DNA of 64,000 nt from Octopus sinensis (lineage: Eukaryota). This document shows, in pieces, positions 41,076 to 53,196 of this stretch; within the stretch, counting starts at the first letter, position 1, and every line of letters starts with the position of its first letter. A program made the translations under genes and the position numbers. The notes beneath the pieces were generated by a model, which saw nothing but the letters and a program-made list of their open reading frames with translations, ran no database searches and was not told the DNA's origin. The stretch is taken from assembly GCF_006345805.1 (NCBI RefSeq), contig NC_043005.1, forward strand, positions 89,528,001 to 89,592,000. The letters are read 5' to 3'.

Positions 41076-41239
41076 TCTGACTTCGGACAAAATATATATA
41101 TATGTATGGATTGAAAAGTTGTTTTCTGATATAGTGTGAGTGATTTTCAATTTAAATAAAATTTCAAAGACCTTTTTAGAATTTCAGCTTTTTTCCTTAA
41201 AATTGTTTTTTTAAAAATATTTTCTTTCTTATTTTCCAG

Positions 41240-41341
41240 GAACGAGTCCATGCTAAAGATCCCCCTAATGTCTACCTTAACAAACTCCGAACTTACTTGG
41301 ATCCACGTGCCAGTCGGAATCACAGAGTTCGAACACTATAT
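41240..41341 (+). CDS. FMNL: FMNL next exon: [29 protein letters not shown](VRTLY)
   Basis: tttctttcttattttccag acceptor ending 41239; in frame with the 17106-17189 exon (ICDQ|ERV); matches the FMNL/FRL KxPPxxYxxKLxxYLDP motif. gtaagt donor at 41342; alternative in-frame GT at 41327. Not in the ORF track. Confidence 0.93.
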
Positions 41342-41545
41342 GTAAGTAGTTTAAAAACCTATCAAAGTTGCATCAAAAATGGTGGACTTTTCTTTTTCCA
41401 GGAAAAAGGTTCAAAATGCATATTTTCTAATCATTTACAACTGAAAACCTGGATAGGGTTCCCAACATATTAATTACTCTTGTTTGATTACAAACACAGC
41501 AAAATTGTTGATCTCATTGAGAAATCTCTGAAGGAATCTCTGAGT

Positions 41546-41811
41546 CAGTTGTTCTCAACTGGGGTCCATATAAGATTTTTGGGATTCCATACAAGCAAAA
41601 TATTGAATTAGGGACCCACAATAGAATATTAAGAGTCCATGAAAAAAATTTTGTTTTAGATGTATTCATTGCAAGAAACAGGTTTTAAATTTGTGAAAAT
41701 CAAAATAGGAATTTTGAAAGAAGTATCTATAAAACAGGTTTTTAAACGACAGATAGTAATCAAAGACGGTCCAGAGGTAAAGAAAAAAAAAAAAAAGGTT
41801 GAAAACCACTA
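41546..41811. mobile_element. hAT (Charlie-like) MITE; related partial copy ~42915-43090
   Basis: Termini CAGTTGTTCTCAAC / GTTGAAAACCACTA; degenerate 8-bp flanks ctctgagt / ctcaaaat. Confidence 0.65.
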
Positions 41812-42283
41812 CTCAAAATGATTGGTTTATTTTGTTAGAAATAATAATCAAATCTTCCTCAGATCACATCCTGTCGGCTTCAGAAACAGAAGGGCGCGTG
41901 AGATAGTGTAACCTTACGTACATTATCTGAATGAAAGATAAAATGATTATGACCAGAATGCCTTTAATCACAGGTCCACTGGATCAGAACTGACTTTGGG
42001 TTAAAAAAACAACTTCCATTTCCACCTTCACAATATGAATGCATTAAAAAGCTGGTTTTCTCTTTTACTGATACAACTATTATGCCTTGTCTTACTGTGA
42101 ACTTTGCTAACTCTGTGTTATCTCCATCTAAACCTATTTATTACATTCCTCTTTCTTGTTCTCATAATCTTCTCTGACTCGTGTTTATCATCTCACAATA
42201 GTCACCCTAACTCTCTCTCTCTCTCTCTCATGTCATTTCTCCAAACATACTAATATTCAACAATCCATATAAACCTTTTTGTA

Positions 42284-42436
42284 TTTTCTCTCCCTGTTTC
42301 TTTCTGTGTTCCTTTCTGTTGAAGAGCATAGGCTCGAAATGTAAAAGACTTTCTCACTTCTCGAACGTTAAACTAATACATCTGTTGTTTACACACCCAT
42401 CTTCGTCTTTTGCATTTTTGTAAATTCTCACCATAT
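42284..42436 (+). mobile_element. Penelope-like terminal-repeat family with a variant hammerhead fold
   Basis: CTTT-CTGTTGA-A-GAGC-atag-GCTC-GAAA-TGTA-AAAG at 42312-42347; homologous to 40883-41075 in opposite orientation. Confidence 0.6.
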
Positions 42437-43099
42437 AAAATGTTGGTTTTCTAATTTCTATCAACCTCTAATCAAAGATCAGGAGCATATTCCCTTCCTC
42501 CAGCACAATTTTATTATATGAAATAAAAGACTATGGATGCTGTATATCTTTTAATTGTTGTTTTCCAGTTGGATTCCATATTCAGTGTGTGTCTCCATCA
42601 TTTGCTAATGTGCAACAATTCAAACTGCCTAAAACCTCTCTGTCCTTCTAATTCTCAGGTCTCATGATGAGAACTGACTGAGTTGTTTGGAAGAAACTTG
42701 TTGCTATTTAGCTCCCGGTCAGACCTCACTGGGCAAACCTTTGATAAATGTTTTAGGCCTTCCTCTTTAAAGCTGCTACAATGTAATTTGAGAGAGATTA
42801 AACTGCTAGTTCTAGTAGGTCAAGCATACCTGTTCCCTTATTGGCTTGTAAGATGTAGTGTGTTGAGGCTAAGTGTAACTACTTGATCCCCTCTAAACCA
42901 GCAAGGGGACACATCACTGGGTGGCCTCAACTGGAGCCCATATGGCCCTTGGGGGTCCATATCAGATTTTGTTGTTAAAATTTATCTCTGATAAATTGCT
43001 TATACTTCTAAAAAAAAAATATTTAAAGAATTTTTTTAATACAATTTCTGATAATATTTAATTATAAAAATACGTTAGGGTCTTTTCAACATTGATGCT

Positions 43100-43245
43100 G
43101 GTACATTATTTACATTTGATGGATATTTGTCCTCATCTTGTTTGTTGTTAACACATTTCGGCTGATATACCCTCCAGCCTTCATCAGGTGTCTTGGGGAA
43201 ATTTCAAACCAGGGTTCTCATTCCTAAGGTATTTTTCTATTATTA
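43100..43245 (-). mobile_element. Penelope-like terminal-repeat fragment with a type I hammerhead motif (partial sister copy ~22680-22770)
   Basis: Minus strand GACAC-CTGATGA-A-GGCTG-gagggtatat-CAGCC-GAAA-T-GTGTT at ~43149-43192. Confidence 0.7.
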
Positions 43246-44299
43246 TTATACTACCAAGAATCGAACTCAGTCTCACATTCATGAGCTGAATACTCTAACC
43301 ATCAACCCACATGTTTTATTTTCTGTCTCCACTTTGTCTAAGCTTTAACTGACAAATAACCGAATTAAACAAGGGGAAAATAATTGTTTCCTTGAAAGTG
43401 GTATTTCCTTTCCATAGATTCCTTATCTCTTCTCATTTCCCCCATAATCTGTTTTAATCTCTTCTAATTCCATCCTATCCCTGCTGTTCTAATTACACAC
43501 AGCCGTCTTGTTGTTGTTGCAAAGAGTTTTATGTTTCTCTCTCTCTCCGTCTCTTTCTCCCCTTTTTATTGTTTGTTTGTTTTTCATTGTTTTTCTCCTC
43601 TATAATTTAATGTTATCAAATTTTGTTACATCACAGCATGGCTGTGTGGTTAAGGAACTTGGTTGCAACCTTGTTTTGGGTTCAGTTCCACTGCATGGCA
43701 CCTTGGGCAGGTGTCTTCTTCTTTAGCCCCTGAGCCAGCCAAAGCCTTAGAAATGAATTTGATACACAGAAACTGTTTAGTAGTCTGTTTTGTGTGTATA
43801 ATATGTGTTTGTCTCCCATTCTCCATCTGACAACTAGTGTTGGTTTGTTTATGTCCTTGTATTTTAATAGTTCAACAAAAGTGACTGATAGAATTGATAG
43901 AATAAGTACTAAACTAAAACCAAAAAAAACCCATAAATCTTGGTGTTGATTTGTTTGACTAAAACCTCCAAGGTGGTGCCCCAGCCTGGCCAGGGTCCAG
44001 GGTACTGGATAATTATAGATTTGGAGTTTCCTACTTTGTGATTGTGTGTTCTTCAGAACCAGCAGGACATTCTCAGTGCAGTCTCTTGACTCTTGACGCC
44101 ATCACTTCCAGAATTTCTCTTCACTCAAGAGTAAAAAGTGATGTGATTCTTCATCTGTATCTTTGACTGTGTGGTTCTTCAAGTGATTCAGACCATTTAT
44201 GACTGCCCATGTGGATCTGTGTAGGGTTGTGTGTACGGATATATGTGCACGAGTATGTATGTGTATATGCACACAAACACACACACACACACATTAAAA

Positions 44300-44840
44300 T
44301 TGCAGCTGTGGCAGATACCGGTGTCATTTAAATGGCACTTGTGCTGGTGGAATGTAAAAGCATCCATTACACACTTGGAATGGTTGGTGTTAGGAAGAAC
44401 ATCCAGCCATAGAAAACCATGCCAAATTAGACTGGGGTCTGGTGGAGTGCTTCAGGTTGCCAGTCCTGGTCAAACCATCCAACCCATGCCAGCATGGACA
44501 ATGGACACTAAATGATGAGGATACACATGCACCCGCATGTGCGGACACACACACACACCATTTAATGTCCATTTTCCATGCTGGCATGGGTTGGCTGGTT
44601 TGACAGGAGCTGGCAAGGCTGGAGAGCTGCACCAGGCTCCAATTATCTGTTTTGGCACTGTTTCTACAGCTGGATGCCCTTCCTGATGCAAACCATTTTA
44701 CAGAGTGGACTGGGTGCTTTCTATGTGGTTCCAGCATGGAAACTCTATATGTGGCACCAGCCCAGATGCTTCTTACATGGTGCCAGCATGGGTGCTTTTC
44801 AGGTGACACCAGCATGGGGGCTTTTTACATGGCATCTGCA
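44300..44840. repeat. Tail-to-tail inverted pair of family C elements
   Basis: + copy ends ~44518 (ccatgccagcatgg...aaatgatga); - copy starts ~44558 (catttaatgtcc...ccatgctggcatgg). Confidence 0.85.
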
Positions 44841-45217
44841 CGTGTGTGTGTGTGTATATGTGTGTATCCACATACATTTATTTATCCTGTACTTGGTGGC
44901 ACATAATGTGCACATTTCCACTCAAAACCTTATTTAAAAAATATTGCCCTGAGACCTATATGTGAAGTTGCTTTAAATATTATATACTTTACTGCTTTAA
45001 AGACTTTGTTCCTGAATATGTGCTGCCGAAATTGGGGTGCGCCTAATATGGTGGCCATGCATCTTTTATGCCATTAAAAACACGATGTAATACATATGTG
45101 TGTGTGTGTGTGTTTATATAGTTTTGTTTAACGTGTATTTTTCCTAGCTAACATAGCCTAGACAGGAGGTAATTGAAGCAAGATTTTTACGCCTAGATGC
45201 TCTTCCTCTCCGTCTTT

Positions 45218-45266
<49 letters not shown>

Positions 45267-46959
45267 ATAGACGTGTGTGTGTTTATTGATAGTCTGGTCC
45301 TGACTGTTTTAGCAAAAATGGTGGGTATTTTCTATTTGCCATGTAAGTTGTTCCCATTACATGTTGGTGACATAAGTTATTTCTTTACTGTAGAATGAAA
45401 CCCCTTCTTGCATTGTCTTCCCTCTTTCCCCCTCCTTATTCACTCTTTGCTCTAATTATACAAATTGTTTCTGTTTCTCACTGTCTGCTCTTCTCCATTT
45501 CAAAGCATCAGTGTTTCCAACTCGTGTGATGTATTTAACTCTTTTGATCCCAACCTGTCCGAGACCACTTCATGCTCCATGATACTGACTCCCTTTTTTT
45601 TAAACACTATATAAATTAAAACTGTCAGAATTATATTTTATGTTCCAAACACCAGTTTAATAATGACCAAGTTATTTTACTAAATTCTACATTATTTTCA
45701 AAATGAATTTTAACAGAAATATGGTAACCAAATGTTGAACTTGATGTGAATGAGGGTAGATCGACATAATTGGTTGGGAATTGAATAAAATATCGTGCTT
45801 TTTAGTTAGGTCTTCTAATACTCTAATTTTGATCTTAGCAGAGTTGGCTTTTGTCTTTCATCCTTTCCTAGCCATGAAAATAAAGTACAAGTGAGGTACT
45901 GGGTCAATATGTTTAGCTCCTCCAAATTTGGGTAGTTTTATGTCTTTGCTAGAAATCCTACATTTTTGTTTTATTTAATTTTAAGCATTATGTCATTACC
46001 CCTTCTCCACCTAAAAGCCCACACCCTGAATATTTTAAGAATGAAACCTCATAGCTGTAGGGAAGCATGTGCTGCGATGTTCATGCCTTCCCTAAAGGAG
46101 TTAACGACTAATCTGAAGTGGTTCCAAGTGGTGTCATTAACACAGACGAATGAAATTTTTCATAGCCAGAACTATTGGATTGCCATGAGTGTACAAGTGG
46201 CTACGTGTCTGTGTGTGTATACGAGAAAGATAGTATAGTGTCATGTATGTGACTCATTTTTAAAACTAGTAGTCATTCTTCTGAATTGGCTGGTTAATTA
46301 TTTACTGCTGTATCAAGTAGTGTCCCGCAGTAAATGTCTGGGATAGGCTATCCAATTGGTGTCACAGAATCTAAAAACAACAGCAAATATAATTAGAATT
46401 TAAAAGATAGTATTGGTAATTTCTAATTTAGACTCATGTGTTTATAGAATCTCTTAAATATTTGTAACAACAACTGTATTGTTGTGTTGTAATATTTTTG
46501 GTAAAGATAGGGACAGTCACACTTTCTTATCTTCTCCCTCTGAGGCACCATGCTCTTGATGAAAGCTGTTAATGCGGTTGTCTAAAAAAAAATGTGTTGC
46601 TGCAATAGAAGGAAAAATCATTAACTCTTAGTTTTGATAATTAAAATAACATTTGTTACAAATATTGGATTATTAAATATTCATGTAAATGTCAGAATTG
46701 GTCGGTTGTTGGACAAATATGCATTGCAAGTATTTAGCTTTCTATTCTGCATTCAAATCTTGCTGTTGCTCACTGGTTTCGTTTCCAACATTGATAAAAC
46801 AGCAGGCAAAATATTTTGGGGAATCAACTCTAGTCATTCCCACCAAAATATGGAACCAATATTAGACATGGCTGTTGTTATTGTAGCAAGAAATCTTGAA
46901 CTAAATGGTTGTTCTTGTAATGGTAAAGCCACTAATGTACCCACATCTACTTGCAGTGG

Positions 46960-47320
46960 CATTCACCTGGGGTGGATTCAGCTTGCTCCAGCCGAGTTCA
47001 CCACATCCATCATGAATGCTGACCACATCTGATTGCCAGCCACAGTTGAGACTGGAATGGACACCCTCTCCCAGTTCCACTGATGAAGACTATAGTCATG
47101 GGGCCTAAGTTGTTCATCTCTGACAGCCTTTACTGTTACCAACCACCTCTTCAGTTGTCCTCCAGCTTGTTTGTGTCAACCTGGGAGGGGAGCTGGGTTA
47201 GCCATCTTGCAAATGAATTTCCCCGGAGGCTGATGGAGAGTATGGCCAAGCCATCTTGGATCTCTTTTGAGTAGAGCTTGATGCAGCAGCAGCGTTGTCC
47301 TATTTCAGGGTTCAAAATGA
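46960..47320 (-). mobile_element. RTE-clade LINE 3' ORF fragment (second family)
   Basis: Minus strand RWLGHTLHQP...GGQLKRWLVTVK, like the RTE C-terminal RWLGHVLR...GGQxKTW motif. Confidence 0.65.
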
Positions 47321-50065
47321 AGGCACTAATGTGATAAGAATTATAAAGTCCTCAACTAGATGGTTGTTATTGATAAAGTAGCGATGTTGTTCTTGTTATT
47401 GTTGAAGTAATGATGTGGCAAGAATTATGAAGTGTCACTGTATTTAGTTTTGCCCCATTTCCTTTTCGGTTCAGATTCTGTTGAGCCTTTTTTGCTTTCA
47501 TCATTCCTGTGTTGATCAAATAAGTGAAGACATATACAGGCATCAACTCAACTGACTGGCTCCCAACCCTTGTCCACAAATATTTCTCACTCTGCAGCAA
47601 AGTTAGTAATTATATATAAGAAACCCTTAATTTTTGTTGTTTTTATTGATATTGTGTTTCACCCTTCCAGGGTCCAATAAAACCAGATTAGTCAAATCTG
47701 GGGTTGGTTTAATTTTTGGTAGAACCCTTTCCCCAGATTTTCTCATGTACCTTTGTTAGAAACCATTATTATTTTATTAAGTTTTATAAACTTCATTTCT
47801 GGCATTAATCCATCCAGGCTTTTAATTTTGAATGATGCGTTTCATTGTCGACTAATGACACGACTGACTGACTTGTTGTATTTGAATGACTACCAAAGGG
47901 CTACAGACAGTGTGCAGTGAAAATATTCCTCTCAGAAGCCACTATAAAGACAGCTTTGTAATGTTGGGTTATATACCTAAGGTGTATATAGTACATAGTT
48001 TATATATGAGATGGAAATAAAACCACAGTTTCAATTCAGGAGAACATATTTAGCTTAAAACAGGACGTTCAATCATAAAGTGTTGCTTTATGTAAATGTT
48101 TTTGATTGCATTTACACTTTGAATTGGCACAGGCAACAGGTAGGAAATGTCTTGTGTTCATGCTGGTTACTTTTTGTGTCAGCATTATGGTTGATGAAAT
48201 AATTACTAATGATACAGGCTCAGGCATGGTTGTATGGTCAGAAGTTTGCTTCTCAACCGCATGGTTCTGGGCAAGTGTCTTCTACTATAGCCTTGTGAGT
48301 GGAATTGGTACATGGAAACTGAAAGCCTATCGTATGTATGTCTCTGTGTCCATGTCTGTCCCCTACTAGTGTTGGTGTGTATGTCAGTAGCTTAATGGTT
48401 TGGCAAAAGAGACCAACAGAATAAATACTGGGCTTAAAAAATAAGCTCTGAGGTTGATTTAGCTAAATGCTCTTCAAGGCAGTGCCCCAGCATGGCCACT
48501 AATGACTGAAGCAAGTAAAAGCTATAAAGATAATGTACAAGATTTAAGCAAGTATCTACTCCATCTTTTATTATCACTGTCTCCTCTTTCTGCTGTAACA
48601 GCCTCTGCTCCTCAGAGTTGGTTGCTCTCATGCTACCAAACTCAGACATTCCTGACCCTCTTGTCTTTCTGATCATATCACTTTTAACCTCCCCCCCAGA
48701 CACCTCATCAATCACTCTGCCCTGTCTTTCTTTCTCAGAATATCAATCCTCTGAGCTTCCTCCTAATTCATGTCAGATGTTGACTTACAAAAGTTCAAGA
48801 GGTATAATATTCTTTTCTACTCTAGGCACAAGGCTTGAAATTTTTGGGGATGGGGCCGGTCGATAAGATCAACCTCAGTACGCAACTGGTACTTAATTTA
48901 TCGACCCTAAAAAGATGAAAGGCAAAGTCAACCTTAGCGGAATTTGAACTCAGAACATAGCAGTGTGCGAAATACCGCCAAGCATTTTTTCCGGCATGTT
49001 AATGTTTCCGCCAGCTCGCTGCCTTACAAGAGGAATAGTATTACTCTAGGAATGTTAATGGCATCAATCTCACTGGCTTTAGAGGGACTGCAAAGGCCAT
49101 GAACAGAACACCTTCCTTCAGATCCAACTAGGAAATAAAATAAAACTGAAATTCTCTCATATATTCGACATTTGTGAAAGTTTGTCTACCATATAGAGAT
49201 GATTAATGTAAATAACTGATTTAATTACCAAGAATATGGTAGAACGAAATCAATAATACAATAATACTTACAATGGTTACAGCTCTCTGGGTTTACTAGT
49301 ATGGCATCCAACTGTAGGAACCTTGCCAGATCTGATTGGAGCCTGGTACAGCCTTCTGGCTTGCCAGTCCTTAGTCAAACTGTCCAACCCATGCCAACAT
49401 GGAAAGCAGACGTTGAACAATGATGATGATTGTATTGATATAGCGAGTCACTATACTCGGCAAGCTTCCATCCAAGACCTACTCAGTTAAATCCATCAGA
49501 AGTTTTATTGGGTTCTTTTCCTGTTTTCATTGACCTTTCTGTGGACAAGGGTGTTGTGGTCATACGATTTCAGTCTAAATATTTGTTCCTCTTGCCAAAT
49601 CCTTTGCTTCTCCTGTGTATCACATCTGATGCACAGGACATATTTCCCTGGCATCCATTTATTATATATGATACACACTTTCAATTTATTTCAACTATCA
49701 GAGTAACTCGGGACTTATGAAAGAAAATCTTTATATTACTTAGAAACATTTGAAACCAGGGCTAACCGAAAGTCTGAAAACAAACATGGATATTTAAGGC
49801 AAACTTAGGAAAATACTTTGGACATATAAATGGATTAAGATTAGAGAAACTGTTTATCAATCTATCTTGGCTTGATCTTTACTAATCCACCATCAAAAAT
49901 TGTGATGTTATTTCATTACACTAATATCATTCATTGATGTTTTTCTTTTATGTGGCTAAAAATTAAATAAATAAATAAAAAAATGCCTTGTTGTTTGTGT
50001 GTGTGCTGGTGTCTATGTTAGCTTTGGTCATTTGCCTTTGCGAACTGTTTCATTGCAGCCAATAG

Positions 50066-50083
50066 TTTACCTGGATCTTCCAG
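50066..50083 (+). CDS. FMNL: Candidate 18-nt phase-0 FMNL microexon (FTWIFQ)
   Basis: aatag|TTTACCTGGATCTTCCAG|gtatgt; TGC motifs upstream; TGCATG at 50273; non-repetitive context. A competing AG at 50057-50058 would give a frameshifting 25-nt exon. Confidence 0.45.
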
Positions 50084-53000
50084 GTATGTGCATCTGGTTA
50101 CTGGTCAGTAGACTGTTGATGGGATTGCTGCTGTTCTGCTTCTGGGTTACAACCCAGCTTCTTGTTGTTCGCGTAAACTTCAACATTCTGGTAGGTGCTC
50201 AATCCAGTCCTGCGTAGTCACTAAGTCCTCTCCCCTAATCCAGTTGTTTGTGTAGAGCCATCACAGTGTTTTTGCATGACCCCACCTCTTGTTTCTCTCT
50301 CTTCGTTGCTGTGACATTTTACAAATAAAAACTTCAAAAAATATTGAGCTTGCATTTTGTAATATTTAGGATCTCTCTCTTTCTCTCCTCTTCCCTCTCT
50401 ATCTCTCTCTTTTTCTCTGTCTCTGCCCTGTTTGTGTCTGGTGGTGTTGTGTGTATTTACTTGTTTTTAATAAACATACAATTTAACCCCAATGTGATAA
50501 GTAAACAAAATGACCACACCATGGATGTCATCTCTCTGTGGACAGAAAAAGGGATCAGACTGACTAGTTTCTAGTGCTTTTAGACCTTCCTCAGGGAACC
50601 AATAAACCATTGTCAGTGTATGGAAGAATTAATAGGTTTCTGTAGCTCTTATATGCAATTTCAGACTCATAAAATATGTGGTGTATGCATTTTGTCTATT
50701 TTTTCACTGCAAAGTGTTTATTTAGAAATAAATATTTCAAATTATCAAAACCCTGGTGTATATTAGGAATGATTGAATGCACTCACACCTGCAACCACGC
50801 AAGCATGTGTGGTTGTGATGCTACATTCTTTGAATACCTGGTGTATCATTTGATAAGCTCTCTCTCCATTAATTCAGCCAGATTTGGGGTTTGTAGTAGC
50901 ATCATTGGTTGAATAGAATCTTGAGTAAATAGATCTGTTAATCATTAACTCATTAGTGATAGGGAATGTCAGGAACAGTAATTAAAACAAACTTCTTTTA
51001 TTAGCTTCAGTCACCAGACTGTGGCCATGGATGTAAACACAACACCTGTTGCCAAGCAGTGGTGGGACACACACATGCACACACGATGGGCTTCTTTGAA
51101 TTTCTCTTTGCCAAATTCAATTGTAAAGCTTTGGTTGTCCCAAGGTGCCATACAGTGGGATTGAATCTGGAACCATGTGGTTGGGATTTTATCAACAATT
51201 TGCAGTGGGAAAACCTTGGAATACAAATGATTGGTTGAGAAATCAATAAATAACAAGGCATTGATTGTAATTTTTCTGAGTTCCTGAAGACAATCTGATT
51301 TCTCCACAAGGGATTTCTTGGTTTGGTCTTCTTTGATTGTTTACTTTTTATGAATTTGCAAATGTCTATGGAATATCTTCAAGGAGGCAAGGCGATTGAT
51401 TCTGCATTTGGGGTTAAATAAATGGTGTAACATGGTGGGGTAGGGTGGAATCTTGAGGCAAGCCAAATTTGACATGCACCGAAGAATATTGAGACCATGA
51501 AATTCTGTCCAAGGATAACATCCAGCCTGAGACTGTAGGAACAGGCTGTGGCAGATGTTGGTACATTTTTAGCCTCTTAGATGCCAGCTTCTCATATTCC
51601 TAACTCTGCTTCTGACTGGTTTAAGGACTAAAACATTCTGCTAAAACTGTCAGTGCCTCCACTGTTGACTAAAGATTTCATTGATTGATTGTTAATAACA
51701 ATGAATGTTGAAAACACAATGGGTGTTCCAATGAGACTGAAAATGTAAAAGTTCACCAACCGATCATGGCTGTTGCCAGCCTACCCTGGCACCTGTGCTG
51801 GTGGCACCTAAAAAGCACCATCCGTATGTGGCTGATGCCAGCGCTGCTTTAACTGGCTTCCGTGCCAGTAGCATGTAAAAAGCACTAACCGATCGTGGCC
51901 ATTGCCAGCCTTTCCTGGCACGTAAAAAGCACCAACTACACTCACGGAGTGGTTGGCGTTAGGAAGGGCATCCAGCTGTAAAAGCACTGCCAGATCTGAC
52001 TGGAGCCTGGTGCAGCCTCCTGGCTTCCCAGACCCTGGTCGAACTGTCCAACCCATGCTAGCATGGAAAACGGATGTTGATGATGATGAGATTGTATCAG
52101 GACCTAGTTTATAATGAGACCTCGTTTGGTTTATAATCTGATTTACACACCTGAGGAAAATGTTTCCTTTTTGAAAATTCTTGCAAGATATGACATTTGT
52201 TGCTAGAATTGCCCCCTCCTCAACTACAATAACAATAACAGATCTGTGTACTAATGTATTTATTCAATGACTGATGCTACAATTGTATGTTGAGTTAAAA
52301 TGAGAGAGAGAGAGAGAGAGAGAGCATTTGCTCATAATGTGATCCGTCAATTATTAAAGAGAGAGAGAGAGGGAGAGTGTGTAATCTCCCTTCCCCCATA
52401 TACATGTAGAACCTTTGTCTCTTGTTTTTGCAGTGTATTTTGGTCCCTAATGTATATATTTTTACGGTAGCTTAGTTCTTGCAGGATTTGGTTTGTTCAT
52501 TCAATATCTTAGTGGTTTTCTCCATATCTTCCAAATAACCCATTCTCTCAACATCTAACAACTTACTCTGAATATAACAAAATGGTTTTATAATAATTTG
52601 TGTTTTTTTCATTAGCATATTACATGGTCACATGATGCGTCTAAATAAATGTCTTAATTTGATGCGAATTTCTTCTCAGACCTACAATAGTTGACTCTAA
52701 ATTAATTTCTCTGCTGAAAAGAACTTTGTTTAATCTGACCAATTTACAATAATCATTTCATACTTTCAGGTGTAGTTCAGTTATACAGGTGACAAAAATG
52801 GTAGTTTTGCATTGTTTTTCTCTTTATGAATATTCTTAACTGTATGTGATGCTTGTAAGGATGAAGTTAAACTGAAAAGGGGAGGTTAGGAGGTGGGGTT
52901 AATTCAGTTCATTCAAAGCTTGAAGAGTTTGTGTTTTTAGCAGGAAACAAGGAATTGAAGCTGAGTAGTGAATCAGTCATCAGACTGGAAAATTGGTGTT

Positions 53001-53196
53001 GCACTGCTACTATTAGTCGAACTAATCTATCAATTTGGTTGTTTCAGTTGTTCACACAATTTTCATCATCTCAACCAAAGTATATCCGCTGTTTACAGCA
53101 GTTACACTTCATTATATGTCTCATTACTTGGTTATGCACTTCATTCTCAGTACCACCTTCAATATTTACACATGTAAATTAATATATATATATATA

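Noticed and set aside
41390-41412. ttttccag|gaaaaag|gttc micro-exon
   Set aside because: 7 nt, weak donor, only ~60 nt from the upstream donor.
47078-47105. CTGATGA-A-GACT-at-AGTC hammerhead-like start
   Set aside because: No GAAA after the stem; lies antisense within an RTE ORF relic.
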